DNA of 64,000 bases, from NCBI GenBank assembly GCA_016184005.1, contig JACPDL010000003.1, forward strand, positions 171,632-235,631, read 5' to 3'. Below the pieces are notes generated by a model. The model was given only the letters and a program-made list of their open reading frames with translations. It did not search any database and was not told where the DNA came from. The DNA is from Candidatus Aenigmatarchaeota archaeon (GTDB lineage Archaea > Aenigmatarchaeota > Aenigmatarchaeia > GW2011-AR5). Below are positions 26,972-36,287 of the stretch, in pieces (position 1 is the first letter of the stretch; the number at the start of each line of letters is the position of its first letter). A program made the position numbers and the translations under genes.

Positions 26972-28174
26972 TCAGGCGAGAGACCGGCACTTTCCAGGAC
27001 CTCGGTAAGGTATTTCATGGGCCGCATAAAATTCTTCTGATGTCTTGTAGCCAAGCGACTTGATTCTGGAATATATGCAAGGACGGGTTATACCGAGTTT
27101 TACTGCAGCGGCAGTCATATTTCCATCAGCCGCTTTAAGCGCCTCAGCCACTGCTTTCTCCGGTCGTTTGGTTCGGGATCTTTCTATCCCATAGGCTCTG
27201 CGAAAGTCTTCAGGAGACGGATAACCTAATTTCGTGATATTATATCTCAGTTGCCTGTCGCTTAACCGGAGGTCGCGTGCGGCGGCAGTCATGTTTCCTC
27301 TGCTTGCTCTAAGCGCCTCAGCTATAAGCTGTCCGCTGAATGCCCGCATCGCGGATGCGTAATCGCCGGGTTGCGCGTACACGGCTCCCGGCTGTTCTTC
27401 GCTTTTCTGTGATTTGCCCGTTTTTCCGCGCAGTATGCTGGGACAGATTTCATCGCCTTCGGACATCACGAAACCGTACAGCAGGATATTGCCGAGTTCC
27501 CTCACGTTTCCCGGAAAATCGTATTCCAGCAGCGCAGACACCGCTTCCGGCGTTAATGTTTTTCTGGCGCTGTTTTGCCTGCACAGCCGGTCCATATAAA
27601 ACCGCGCAATCGGTTCTATATCTTCCCTGCGCTCGCGGAGGGGCGGCATGCAGATCTCCAGGGCGCACAGCCTCTGGTAAAGTTCCTGCCTGAATCCGCC
27701 TTTGTCAGAAAGGTCCCTGCTGGTGGCGGATATTATCCTCACATCGGTATCAGACTGCTTGGTGCCGCCGACAGGTATGAATTCGCCGGTTTCGAGCGCC
27801 CTGAGAAATTTCGGCTGCACATCCATCGGAAGCTCGCCTATTTCATCAAGAAAGAGGGTGCCGCCGTCTGCGCTTTTTAGAACACCCGTGTTGCGGCGAT
27901 ACGCCCCCGTGAACGAGCCCTTTTCATGCCCGAAAAGAATTGACTCTGCAAGTTCGCGCGGTATGCTTGCGCAATCCAGCGGATAGAATAAGGCGGAACT
28001 GCGCCCTGAATTGCGGTGAAGCTGGCGTGCCACAAGCTCTTTTCCGGTCCCTGTTTCGCCTGTTATGAGGACAGGATAATCATAAGCCGCAAACTTCTTT
28101 ATTTTCTGCCGCACGCCTTCTATTTGTACGGACGTTCCTACTATTTCGCATTGTGGATTAAGGCCGCGCATCAT
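26972..28174 (-). CDS. Sigma-54-interacting AAA+ (NtrC/Fis-type enhancer-binding) protein with two Fis-type HTH modules
   Basis: GETGTGKE, ESILFGHEKGSFTGA, GGTLFLDEIG, FPGNVREL, GNMTAAA twice. Confidence 0.92.
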   Translation of the reverse strand: MMRGLNPQCEIVGTSVQIEGVRQKIKKFAAYDYPVLITGETGTGKELVARQLHRNSGRSSALFYPLDCASIPRELAESILFGHEKGSFTGAYRRNTGVLKSADGGTLFLDEIGELPMDVQPKFLRALETGEFIPVGGTKQSDTDVRIISATSRDLSDKGGFRQELYQRLCALEICMPPLRERREDIEPIARFYMDRLCRQNSARKTLTPEAVSALLEYDFPGNVRELGNILLYGFVMSEGDEICPSILRGKTGKSQKSEEQPGAVYAQPGDYASAMRAFSGQLIAEALRASRGNMTAAARDLRLSDRQLRYNITKLGYPSPEDFRRAYGIERSRTKRPEKAVAEALKAADGNMTAAAVKLGITRPCIYSRIKSLGYKTSEEFYAAHEIPYRGPGKCRSLA

Positions 28175-28244
28175 TTGAATCGGTTTGTATTGACTATCCG
28201 TTCACCCTTATAAGAATGCCGGCGTTTCTTGCGCGCCGCTAACC

Positions 28245-28928
28245 TTAAGAGGATGCAGATTGCAGCTGACGGTTCAGTTTCTTCAACAAGGAACCAAGTT
28301 TTGTAATGTCGGGAATTACATAGTCCGCTTTCATTTTTTCCGCCGTTTTCCTGTCCAGCACGCCCGTGAGGACCACAACAGCTTTTATCCCCGCCCTTTT
28401 TGCAGCAAGCACGTCGTTAGGCGCGTCGCAGACATAAACTGCTTCCCTTTTCTTCACTTTCAGTTTTTTCATCGCCTTCAGCAGTATTTCCGGATGCGGT
28501 TTCCCGTGCCTTACATCGTTGGCGCTCAGGGTTACAGGAAAGTATCTTTTCACGCCTGTGTGCTTCATCACCTTCAGCAACGATGGCTTTATTGCGCCAC
28601 TGGCCACAGAGACCTTGTACATTTTCTTGAGGTTTACAATGGCCTGTTTCGCGCCCTTTACAGGCTTCACCTTCTTGACGTAACTGTCGCTCGTCATTAT
28701 TCTTGTGTACTCTTTCATTATTCTTTCCACATGGCTGCGATGAAGCATTTCTTGGAGTATCTGCTTGGGCGGCTCGCCAAAATGAGGGAACAGGTCCTTC
28801 ACGGATTTCTTTATGCCGTTGTCAGCAAGCAGCTTCTCAAGCACGTAAGCCCCGGGAAAATTAGACTTGACAATAACACCGTCGAAATCAAATATTATGG
28901 CTTTGATCATTCTCAGCACCTGTATCAC
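28245..28928 (-). CDS. HAD-superfamily hydrolase (phosphoglycolate phosphatase-like)
   Basis: FDFDGV, KPHPE, D...DV.AAKRAG. Confidence 0.9.
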   Translation of the reverse strand: MIQVLRMIKAIIFDFDGVIVKSNFPGAYVLEKLLADNGIKKSVKDLFPHFGEPPKQILQEMLHRSHVERIMKEYTRIMTSDSYVKKVKPVKGAKQAIVNLKKMYKVSVASGAIKPSLLKVMKHTGVKRYFPVTLSANDVRHGKPHPEILLKAMKKLKVKKREAVYVCDAPNDVLAAKRAGIKAVVVLTGVLDRKTAEKMKADYVIPDITKLGSLLKKLNRQLQSASS

Positions 28929-28978
28929 TCAATCTATAAATCCTGCTTAATAAAGTTTCTGCACAAATTCATCAGAAA

Positions 28979-29275
28979 GGGCCGATAGATCAATACAGAT
29001 CCCTTCTTTGTAAAGAAGGTCTTTGTGCACCGAAAGCAAAGCTTTCTGGCATCTCAAAAGCCTTTCAGGCTTTTGCAGACAAACCCCAAGAAACAGAGGA
29101 CTTCGCAAATATTAAGGGATTGTGAGAATGGAAGATCGCTTGCATGGCAAGAGGAGAAACTACGTATCTCCCTCTACCCTCTCCCTTCTGAAGGAAACGA
29201 GGTTAGAAGGAGAGAAACCATGGGTTTCTTCTCCTCTTATGCAAGAGGCTTCGGGTTCGAGTCCCGATCGGTCCA
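28979..29275 (+). tRNA. tRNA-Ala(GGC) with two long introns: D-loop about 15/16 (28994-29128) and 37/38 (29150-29239)
   Basis: Acceptor GGGCCGA/TCGGTCC-A with G3:U70; D arm GATC/GATC; CTTGC-AT GGC AT-GCAAG; TTCGAGT T-loop. Confidence 0.88.
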
Positions 29276-29277
29276 TC

Positions 29278-29349
29278 ATCCAATCCCTTTCTTAAAAAGA
29301 AAGGTCTTGGAGAACCCCAAAGAATAATAGTCTGCAAAGCAGCCTATTA
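29278..29349. repeat. Family A variant element between the two tRNA-Ala genes
   Basis: atccaatccctttcttaaaaagaaaggtcttggagaaccccaaagaataa, near identical to 36853-36900. Confidence 0.85.
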
Positions 29350-29397
29350 GGAGAGAAGGATGATATCTGAAAAGAGCGTCGGTTCTCGACTTATCAT

Positions 29398-29508
29398 GGG
29401 CTCGTGGTCTAGTGGAATGACGCGACGTTCGCAAAGAGGAGAAATATGTATCTCTCTCAAAAATATTGAAATACGTCGAGGCCGGGGGTTCGAATCCCCC
29501 CGAGTCCA
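29398..29508 (+). tRNA. tRNA-Ala(CGC) with a 37/38 intron (about 29434-29472)
   Basis: GGGCTCG/CGAGTCC-A with G3:U70; CGACG-TT CGC AA-CGTCG; helix TTCG/TGAA. Confidence 0.92.
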
Positions 29509-29577
29509 TCAGTTTTTGGGGTTATAGGTATCTGTTAGTTTTTGAACGCTTTTGAAGATTAAAGTTATAAGATTTTT

Positions 29578-29931
29578 ATGGTGGATAAAGCAGAATCATA
29601 TTTTCATTTGGCACAATTGCTCGCAACTATAGCTGGATTCTTTATCTTAGGTGCTACAATTTTTTATGCATCATCAGGGCAACTTTTAGCTTCAAGCATG
29701 CAAACTAGCAATGATGTCACAAAATCTCTATTATCAATAAATCTCAGTAATGTTGACCAATCCATTCTGAGTATAGTTGAATCCGACATAAAAGTGGCAA
29801 ATGCAGCAAAGGAAGGAAGTATCAAGAAAGAAGAGATTGGTATGAGGTTACTTATTTTTGGTGTAATTTTTATTATAGCATCCTTAGTAGTTTGGTGTTA
29901 TGGAGATTCGAAATGTAAACATATAACTTAG
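29578..29931 (+). CDS. Hypothetical two-TM membrane protein
   Basis: Two hydrophobic helices. Confidence 0.65.
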   Translation: MVDKAESYFHLAQLLATIAGFFILGATIFYASSGQLLASSMQTSNDVTKSLLSINLSNVDQSILSIVESDIKVANAAKEGSIKKEEIGMRLLIFGVIFIIASLVVWCYGDSKCKHIT

Positions 29932-30011
29932 AGGTCTTGGGTTAATATTCAACACTATAAAGAGACTCTCAATTTTTGAACGCTTAAATTTATACTGGAG
30001 ACTACACATTC

Positions 30012-30596
30012 ATGTTCAATCTAACGCTAGATACATCTTGTTTTTCTCTAAGAAAAGAGGAAAATTCTTTGTTGAACGAGCTTTTAGAATTACAAGCAGA
30101 TTCAAAAATATTGTTGTACTACGCACCACGAACTTTACAAGAACTTATGATGTCCATTGCAAAGAAAAAAGAATTACCGAAAGTAATTGAAATGAAGATA
30201 AAATATAGGTTTCGAGATGTGTTCAGAGATTATTTAGAAAATATGGACGAGATTGACCCAGAACTCGAATGGGAAGACGAGTTCCACGAAATAGGACTAT
30301 TTGTTACAAGAGTATGTCTCGAAATTACTGACAAAAACGTAATAGAAAAGTTAGAAGTGTCAGAAGAAAACTTACGTAGATATTTGGATAGCCAGAAGAA
30401 CCATAACAGTCATACAGATATTGATATATTCACATTTCATGTTATGAACAAAGGTAATATATTCCTGACTAAAGATGTACCGTTGTTTGTAAGTAATCAA
30501 AAAACAAGAGAAACACTGGAAAATAAATATAACACAAAAATTAGACTCCTAAATAAAGATTTTATTGAAGAATTAAAAAATATGATAGAGGCTTGA
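30012..30596 (+). CDS. Hypothetical protein, possible PIN-like fold
   Basis: LTLDTS...EL at N-terminus; DIDI...IFLTKD near C-terminus. Confidence 0.55.
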   Translation: MFNLTLDTSCFSLRKEENSLLNELLELQADSKILLYYAPRTLQELMMSIAKKKELPKVIEMKIKYRFRDVFRDYLENMDEIDPELEWEDEFHEIGLFVTRVCLEITDKNVIEKLEVSEENLRRYLDSQKNHNSHTDIDIFTFHVMNKGNIFLTKDVPLFVSNQKTRETLENKYNTKIRLLNKDFIEELKNMIEA

Positions 30597-31777
30597 TGCT
30601 TATGGAGTCTATGAATTATAAAAGTCCAATTAAGGTCAGAAATATAGAAATAGTAAATCAGTTAAAAGAGTTCTATTCTCTCTCTTCAAATATTGATTTA
30701 CCAAAAGACATAGAAACTCAAGTAATTGACATTGCCGTCAAGAAGATTGATCAAGATAAAAAAGTTGTAGAAAAAAGATTATTGGGATTAAATAAAGAAG
30801 ATGAATTTGTACTGACTTCTCTTCTGTTAGGAAATGCCCTTCAAGTTACAAGGCTTTCACAACAAAAGATTACACAAGATTTAGATTATCAAATACCAGA
30901 TTTTTTAGTATGCACTAGGGTTCCAAAAATTGTAGATAAAGATGGGGATAAAATAAACAGGTTTTTTGTAGAAGTCAAAAAATTATCAGAGAATGAAAGT
31001 GATTTTAAAATAACGCAGGATTATTTTAATAAACTTAAGAAATATTGCAAAACTTACTCTTTGCCACTTTACTTTGCAATTAAGTTAGAGCTTGGAGGTG
31101 TTGGTTTTTCTCAATGGGCTTTAATTTTCTCTGATACCGTAGAAAACTCTGGACAAATTAAAAAGCTAAAAATAAGAAAAGATAGCAAAGAAGAAGATTG
31201 TTATTTATTTACATTGAAAGACTTATTATCGAAAGACTTCTCAGGTTTATGGATGGACAATCATCTATTATTTTTGTCGGAGGGTTCGGTCTATAGAAAG
31301 GTTTATGATATTAATAAAGAATCCCCAATTCATATTACATCTGAAACAGGCGAAGATTTGGGAGGACTTGTAGAAGTAGAATTAAAAAACGGTAGTATTT
31401 CTGAAAAAGTAACGTTCGAAAAAGATAAACATGATGTCAGAGATATAATTTTCTATAATATTGCAATGAGAATAGCCAGAGGTAAAGAAACAATACAGAC
31501 TACAAATACGACAACTGAGAAAATTATAGAAGCTGATAAAAACTATTCAATCCCGCTTTATCATTTAGTTTTAGAAATTTACCTTCACTTACGTTCAAGA
31601 TTTGGAGAAAGCTGGAAGGAACCCAGATCAGATATAAGTTTTTACTTATCCCACTTAACAGACTTTGATTATAAAATATCTTATTTTATAAGAGATATAA
31701 TAATTAATTTACACAAGAATAATATAATTAAATTAATTAGAATGGTACCAGATTTTTTAATGGAAAATGATGACTAA
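30593..31777 (+). CDS. Putative PD-(D/E)xK restriction-like nuclease
   Basis: IPDFLV...FFVEVKK...LPLYFAIK. Confidence 0.65.
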   Translation: MMLMESMNYKSPIKVRNIEIVNQLKEFYSLSSNIDLPKDIETQVIDIAVKKIDQDKKVVEKRLLGLNKEDEFVLTSLLLGNALQVTRLSQQKITQDLDYQIPDFLVCTRVPKIVDKDGDKINRFFVEVKKLSENESDFKITQDYFNKLKKYCKTYSLPLYFAIKLELGGVGFSQWALIFSDTVENSGQIKKLKIRKDSKEEDCYLFTLKDLLSKDFSGLWMDNHLLFLSEGSVYRKVYDINKESPIHITSETGEDLGGLVEVELKNGSISEKVTFEKDKHDVRDIIFYNIAMRIARGKETIQTTNTTTEKIIEADKNYSIPLYHLVLEIYLHLRSRFGESWKEPRSDISFYLSHLTDFDYKISYFIRDIIINLHKNNIIKLIRMVPDFLMENDD

Positions 31778-32027
31778 TTTAATTTCTCCTTAACTTTCCC
31801 ATAAACCTTGAATGGCTTGTCAGACCTAGCATGTTTTCTCAAATAATGCAAAGAACTCTTGTTTATGCCAATTTTCTTTGCTTCTGACTGGGATAAGCTT
31901 AATATTTTTTGCCTCAACTTAAAGTCATCCTCTCTTTTCAATACTAGTGAAGGCTCTGAAAAGTCGATGCTAGGCTTCTTACCTATCAAGTAATGAGCCA
32001 GTTCTTGAGCTTTAAATAAAGTGATTT
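31774..32027 (-). pseudogene. C-terminal HTH-bearing remnant of a stand-alone Cas1-like protein
   Basis: KAQELAHYLIGKKPSIDFSEP...LRQKILSLS...IGINKSSLHYLRKHARSDKPF recalls the C-terminus of archaeal solo Cas1 (from memory, not searched); no catalytic domain upstream. Confidence 0.6.
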
Positions 32028-32135
32028 TCAGTTTTCAAATCCTTATGTCCTCGAGTCCATTGAACCTCAGGTATAAGCCACGATGCTATCCAAATCTTTA
32101 ATAGTATTCTTCACTATTAATTATAGGCGAATTGT

Positions 32136-32336
32136 ATGAACGGAACATTCGAGAAAGAAGTCATGAGAGAATTGAAGTCGTTAAAGGGCGAGATTGATTA
32201 CATAAAGGAATTTCTTGAGGATACACACCTTACCCCTGTTGAGAAGAGATTTGTTGATTCTAAAATCAAAAAGATAAAATCGGGCGATACATCGGACTTT
32301 ATCCCTTGGAAAAAAGCCAAGAAAAAGCTGGGCTAA
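32136..32336 (+). CDS. Putative antitoxin
   Basis: Small ORF ending FIPWKKAKKKLG, directly upstream of a RelE-like gene. Confidence 0.7.
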   Translation: MNGTFEKEVMRELKSLKGEIDYIKEFLEDTHLTPVEKRFVDSKIKKIKSGDTSDFIPWKKAKKKLG

Positions 32337-32341
32337 TTCTT

Positions 32342-32602
32342 ATGTTCAGTGCGCTTATCGAAGGTCAGGCATTGAAGTTCTTGGAGAAACTAAAAGACGC
32401 ACAATTGAAGAAAAGACTTATGAATAAGATAGACGAACTTGAACAAGACCCTTTTCCAAGAAACTGCAAGACGATTGAAGGATACGATCAGAAAGTTTTT
32501 CGGGTAAGGGTGGGCGGATATAGAATTCTTTATTATGTGGTTTTCGAGACCAGTATAGTCTATGTCTTTATCATTGACAAAAGAGGCGTAGTTTACGGCT
32601 AG
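32342..32602 (+). CDS. RelE/ParE-family toxin
   Basis: FRVRVGGYRILY...IDKRGVVY. Confidence 0.88.
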   Translation: MFSALIEGQALKFLEKLKDAQLKKRLMNKIDELEQDPFPRNCKTIEGYDQKVFRVRVGGYRILYYVVFETSIVYVFIIDKRGVVYG

Positions 32603-32647
32603 TCTGGGAACTTAACCGTTGGGTCTGTATACCTCCGTGTCCAGTGA

Positions 32648-32950
32648 TTAAAAACTGAACCTGTTCCTGTATTCCCTTCTTCCGTTTTTCCTTGCAGCTT
32701 CAGATTTCGACATTATCTTTTCTTTGACGGCTTCGGGGCTTGTTTTCATTCTATGCGCGACCGCCGCCACAACCCTTTCGCTCCTGCACCAGTATGATAC
32801 AGCACGACTAGGAACTTCATAGGCCAGTCCGATTTGCAAGTGGGTCCTTTTAGGACAAGTAACATACTCAATCACGGCTTCGACTCTGGTTTTCATGGGG
32901 TAGGCTTGCATCCCAGGAATTTCGATAGAAAACCTTATATTCGTTCCCAT
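32648..32950 (-). CDS. Hypothetical protein, possible HTH
   Basis: QIGLAYEVPSRAVSYW resembles a helix-turn-helix. Confidence 0.5.
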   Translation of the reverse strand: MGTNIRFSIEIPGMQAYPMKTRVEAVIEYVTCPKRTHLQIGLAYEVPSRAVSYWCRSERVVAAVAHRMKTSPEAVKEKIMSKSEAARKNGRREYRNRFSF

Positions 32951-33000
32951 TTTCAGCCGCGATGCCGATAGGCGGTAATCTTCTATGAAAAAATATTAAA

Positions 33001-33040
33001 GGGAGAGGGTAGAAGGAGATACGCAGTTTCTCCTCTTTTA
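33001..33040 (-). repeat. Family B element in a divergent intergenic region
   Basis: Reverse complement aagaggagaaactgcgtatctccttctaccctctccc matches tRNA-Ala intron sequence 29149-29185 with 2 mismatches. Confidence 0.85.
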
Positions 33041-33072
33041 AGCTTGTCTGCGACTCATAAGGCTGTGATTCC

Positions 33073-34371
33073 ATGTCAGCCAAGCCGAAGCCGATAACAG
33101 CAGTTGTGCCTCTGGGTGGGAGCGGCACGAGGCTGTACCCTCTCACGCTTGATACCCCGAAGCATCTTATACCTATTGCAAACAGGACGCTTCTTTACGC
33201 GGCCGCCGGAGAGTGGGCAAGGCAGGGGGTCGGGGATTTCATTCTCGGCGCTACCGGTTACAGCAACAGGGTCGCGTCGTACAGGTTTTTCGGCCACGGC
33301 GGCAGATTCAAGGCCGACCTGCCGGGCAACACAAGGGTTTATTATGCCAACTATGACGACAGGGAATTCAGCAGGAAAGGCAGCGGAGACGTCCTTTGCT
33401 GGATCCTGAGGCAATACAAAAGCATTATTGATGATAATGATGTCTTGCTGATAAACGGGGATAATCTGTCAAACGTGGATCTTGCAGAATTTTACGGGAT
33501 GCATAAAGACAGGAAAGCCCTGCTTACAATCGCTGTAAAGGGCTTTGAGCACGAGGATCCGGGGCTTCAGGGATTCGGCACCGTGACATTCGACCCCGTC
33601 ACCGCGAGGGTCAGCAAATTCCTGGAGAAATCGCCAAAACCTGAATCAAGGTATGCAAATACGGCGATCTGCCTTTTTTCCCCGGAAATATACAAGATTG
33701 CCGGTTCAGCAAGCATGAAAAAATTGCTGAACGAGCTTGATGAAGAAGGGACGCCGCTGGATGTAGGCGGCGGCCTGATACCGTTTCTGGTCAGGGAGGG
33801 GCACGGCATTTTTGCTTATCCCATAACAAGCGAGTGGAGCGATGTAGGAACGCCGGGCAGCTACAGGGCTGCAACCAGGGATGTCCTTCACGGCCAGTAT
33901 GAATTCAGGTTTGGGGACTACCAGCGCAGGGGAAATCACCTGATACATGAGGATACAATCAGGCTGCTGGGTGAGGGCATGGAGCGCATCAAGCTGGACG
34001 GCAGATGCATTGTAGGCGCGGGCGCAATCATACAGGAAGGCGCCGAAATAGAAAATTCCGTGATAGGCGACAATTCTTACATAGGAAGAGATGCCGAGAT
34101 AAGGGGCGTAACAACGCTGCTGCCTTTCGCGCAGGTTGAAAAGAACTGCGTGCTTACGGACTGCATCGTAGGCCACAACACGGTTATCGGGAAAGGATCC
34201 GTCATATCCTCCGGCTCGGTGATTGGTGATGACCTGCACATACCGGAGGGCACAACGGTCGGCATAGGCCAGAGGGTTGCGCATGCAAGGCACGCAGACG
34301 CCGTCAAAAAGGCGAAATACCATATAAAAGGGGAAATAAAGGGCGCAAGCGCCATTGTTTTTACGGAGTAG
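33073..34371 (+). CDS. NDP-sugar pyrophosphorylase with left-handed beta-helix domain
   Basis: GGSGTRLYPLT..PK, NGD, FLEK, WSDVGT; hexapeptide repeats. Confidence 0.9.
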   Translation: MSAKPKPITAVVPLGGSGTRLYPLTLDTPKHLIPIANRTLLYAAAGEWARQGVGDFILGATGYSNRVASYRFFGHGGRFKADLPGNTRVYYANYDDREFSRKGSGDVLCWILRQYKSIIDDNDVLLINGDNLSNVDLAEFYGMHKDRKALLTIAVKGFEHEDPGLQGFGTVTFDPVTARVSKFLEKSPKPESRYANTAICLFSPEIYKIAGSASMKKLLNELDEEGTPLDVGGGLIPFLVREGHGIFAYPITSEWSDVGTPGSYRAATRDVLHGQYEFRFGDYQRRGNHLIHEDTIRLLGEGMERIKLDGRCIVGAGAIIQEGAEIENSVIGDNSYIGRDAEIRGVTTLLPFAQVEKNCVLTDCIVGHNTVIGKGSVISSGSVIGDDLHIPEGTTVGIGQRVAHARHADAVKKAKYHIKGEIKGASAIVFTE

Positions 34372-34405
34372 CTTTGCCGCGCTTCTGCTGGCAACAAAAA
34401 GAATT

Positions 34406-36286
34406 TCATTCCCATTCTGTCGTGGCCGCGGGCTTTGTGGAAACGTCCCTGAAGACAGCTTTCACGTCTTTCAAATATGGACTATTGAGTATTTTTCTTG
34501 CCGTCTCGTCAAAAACCTGCTCGGGGGCCTCGTCAGGAACCCTCAAAGGTCTGACGCTTCTGAAGTCTTGCGTATGAACGTCTCTCATCGCAATTCCGAC
34601 GCCGTCAAAAAGCGGGAAGGCTATTACAGGCAGCTGGGCCGGTTTCACTCCGTACTCGTCGAACGTCTTTTCGGCTATTTCTGTCGCTTCCTGTACCAGC
34701 CTGATGTTCCGCTTGTTTATTTCAAGGCCGCCTTCAATGCCAAGATTTTCGTATTCGCCGAAACCGTCTCTTGCCCATTCCCTGTGAAGAAATATTGTCC
34801 TGTTTATCGGCAGCTCTTCTGCCAGTTCTTTCTGCGCTCTGGCAGCTGACCCCCAGTCCCTGTCGCCTACAATAAGTGCCAGATGCTCAAAGCTTCTTCC
34901 GTCCCCTTTCAAACCCACGGTCTTTATCGGCAATGCATAGCCTTCAAACCCATGGCGCCTTGCTATGTAATAGACCCTCTTGTCTGTTTCATCGTCAACC
35001 GGATATGTGCCCGAGACAATCCTCAGCGACAGCCCGGGCCCAGGAAAAGGTTTTCTATGGGCAACATAATCAGGAATTCCCAGTTTCTCTGCAAGTTTCC
35101 TGGCCTGGTCCTTGCTGAGATATCTCAGCGGCTCTACAGTATGCAGCCTGTGTTTTTTGTCTACATTATGATGCGTTTTTATTGTGGCTACCGTGCCTTT
35201 GTCGCCGCTTGTTTTTCTTGAAGCTTCTTTCCCGCTTTCCCTCCTGTCCGTTGCAAGAGTCCCGTCTACGAATACAACATCGCTTTCTGCCAGCCCGAAT
35301 GAATCCAAGACATCATCTGTTGTCCTGTTATAGACTTCTCTGAAAGCCTTCCTTTTGTCCTCCGGATCCGCGAGGCCCCGAAAAGCAGCGATCGTCTGGT
35401 CGCCATAATCCAGCACCGTTATTTTTTTGCCTGATATTTCTTCGAGATATTTCTTTACAGTTCCGGCTTCATCCTTTCTTTGAACGCCCATATCGAGGTG
35501 GATACCTATAACGTCTACTCCGGCCATTATTGCAAGCATGTACGCTACTGTTGAATCCACGCCGCCGCTCAGGTATACAAGGGCTTTTCTTTTTCCCACA
35601 TTATCCTTTATCTCATCCACTGCCCGCTTAGCGTATCTTTCTACATCGCTGCGTACAATTCCATATTTTTCTGCAGATTGCCTTAGCGTCCGCCAAGCTT
35701 CTGACAGCCAACTTGATAGCCATCTTCTTCGTGTCGTGGTTCCGCACATTATTTCAGCGAAATTCCTCAGCATCTGCGTTCCATACGCGGTATGCGCCAG
35801 CTCGGGGTGAAACTGGACGCCTATCTTGTTCCCGTGCGCCATGGCCGCTACCAGGTATTTGTCTGAATATGCAATAACATCAAAATCACCGGGCTCCGAG
35901 ACAGCGTCTCCATGGTTGTTCCAGACTATGGACTCCCTGGGAACATGCTCGAAAAGCGGATGGTCTTTCACGATTGCTATCCTGGATTCTCCGTATTCCC
36001 TTCCTGTCGTGATTGCCGCCCCGAAATGCTGGCCCATAAGCTGGCTGCCGTAGCAGATGAGAAGAGCGGGCGTTTCAGACTCAAATATTCCGGGGTCGTA
36101 CGGATACCTGTCCCTGTCGCAGACGCTTTTGGGGCCGCCGGAAACAATGAATCCGTCAAAGGCCCGCAACGCTTCCGCTTTTGTGTCGCTGGACAGATAA
36201 GCCGCCTTGTGCCCGAGAAATTCAAGCCTGTTGCCTATCAGGTCCGTATGCTGCCCGCCGAATTCAAGTATGCAGAAAACGCCCAT
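34406..36286 (-). CDS. guaA: GMP synthase (fused glutamine amidotransferase and ATP pyrophosphatase)
   Basis: SGGPKS, ICYG, GVQFHPE, LSGGVDSTV, IKTHHN, PFPGPGL, KPAATTEWE. Confidence 0.95.
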   Translation of the reverse strand: MGVFCILEFGGQHTDLIGNRLEFLGHKAAYLSSDTKAEALRAFDGFIVSGGPKSVCDRDRYPYDPGIFESETPALLICYGSQLMGQHFGAAITTGREYGESRIAIVKDHPLFEHVPRESIVWNNHGDAVSEPGDFDVIAYSDKYLVAAMAHGNKIGVQFHPELAHTAYGTQMLRNFAEIMCGTTTRRRWLSSWLSEAWRTLRQSAEKYGIVRSDVERYAKRAVDEIKDNVGKRKALVYLSGGVDSTVAYMLAIMAGVDVIGIHLDMGVQRKDEAGTVKKYLEEISGKKITVLDYGDQTIAAFRGLADPEDKRKAFREVYNRTTDDVLDSFGLAESDVVFVDGTLATDRRESGKEASRKTSGDKGTVATIKTHHNVDKKHRLHTVEPLRYLSKDQARKLAEKLGIPDYVAHRKPFPGPGLSLRIVSGTYPVDDETDKRVYYIARRHGFEGYALPIKTVGLKGDGRSFEHLALIVGDRDWGSAARAQKELAEELPINRTIFLHREWARDGFGEYENLGIEGGLEINKRNIRLVQEATEIAEKTFDEYGVKPAQLPVIAFPLFDGVGIAMRDVHTQDFRSVRPLRVPDEAPEQVFDETARKILNSPYLKDVKAVFRDVSTKPAATTEWE

Positions 36287-36287
36287 C

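Larger units (their letters stand above)
29510..32060. mobile_element. Low-GC island at the tRNA-Ala(CGC) 3' end (decayed integrative or Cas1-associated element)
   Basis: Abrupt AT enrichment; 11/12 copy of the tRNA 3' end at 32049-32060; nuclease-like cargo and a cas1-like fragment. Confidence 0.55.

Noticed and set aside
29025..29509. ORFs 29025-29327 and 29276-29509
   Set aside because: They overlap tRNA genes and repeat elements and are most likely spurious
29510..32060. Intact casposon
   Set aside because: No family B polymerase, no full-length Cas1 and no convincing terminal inverted repeats
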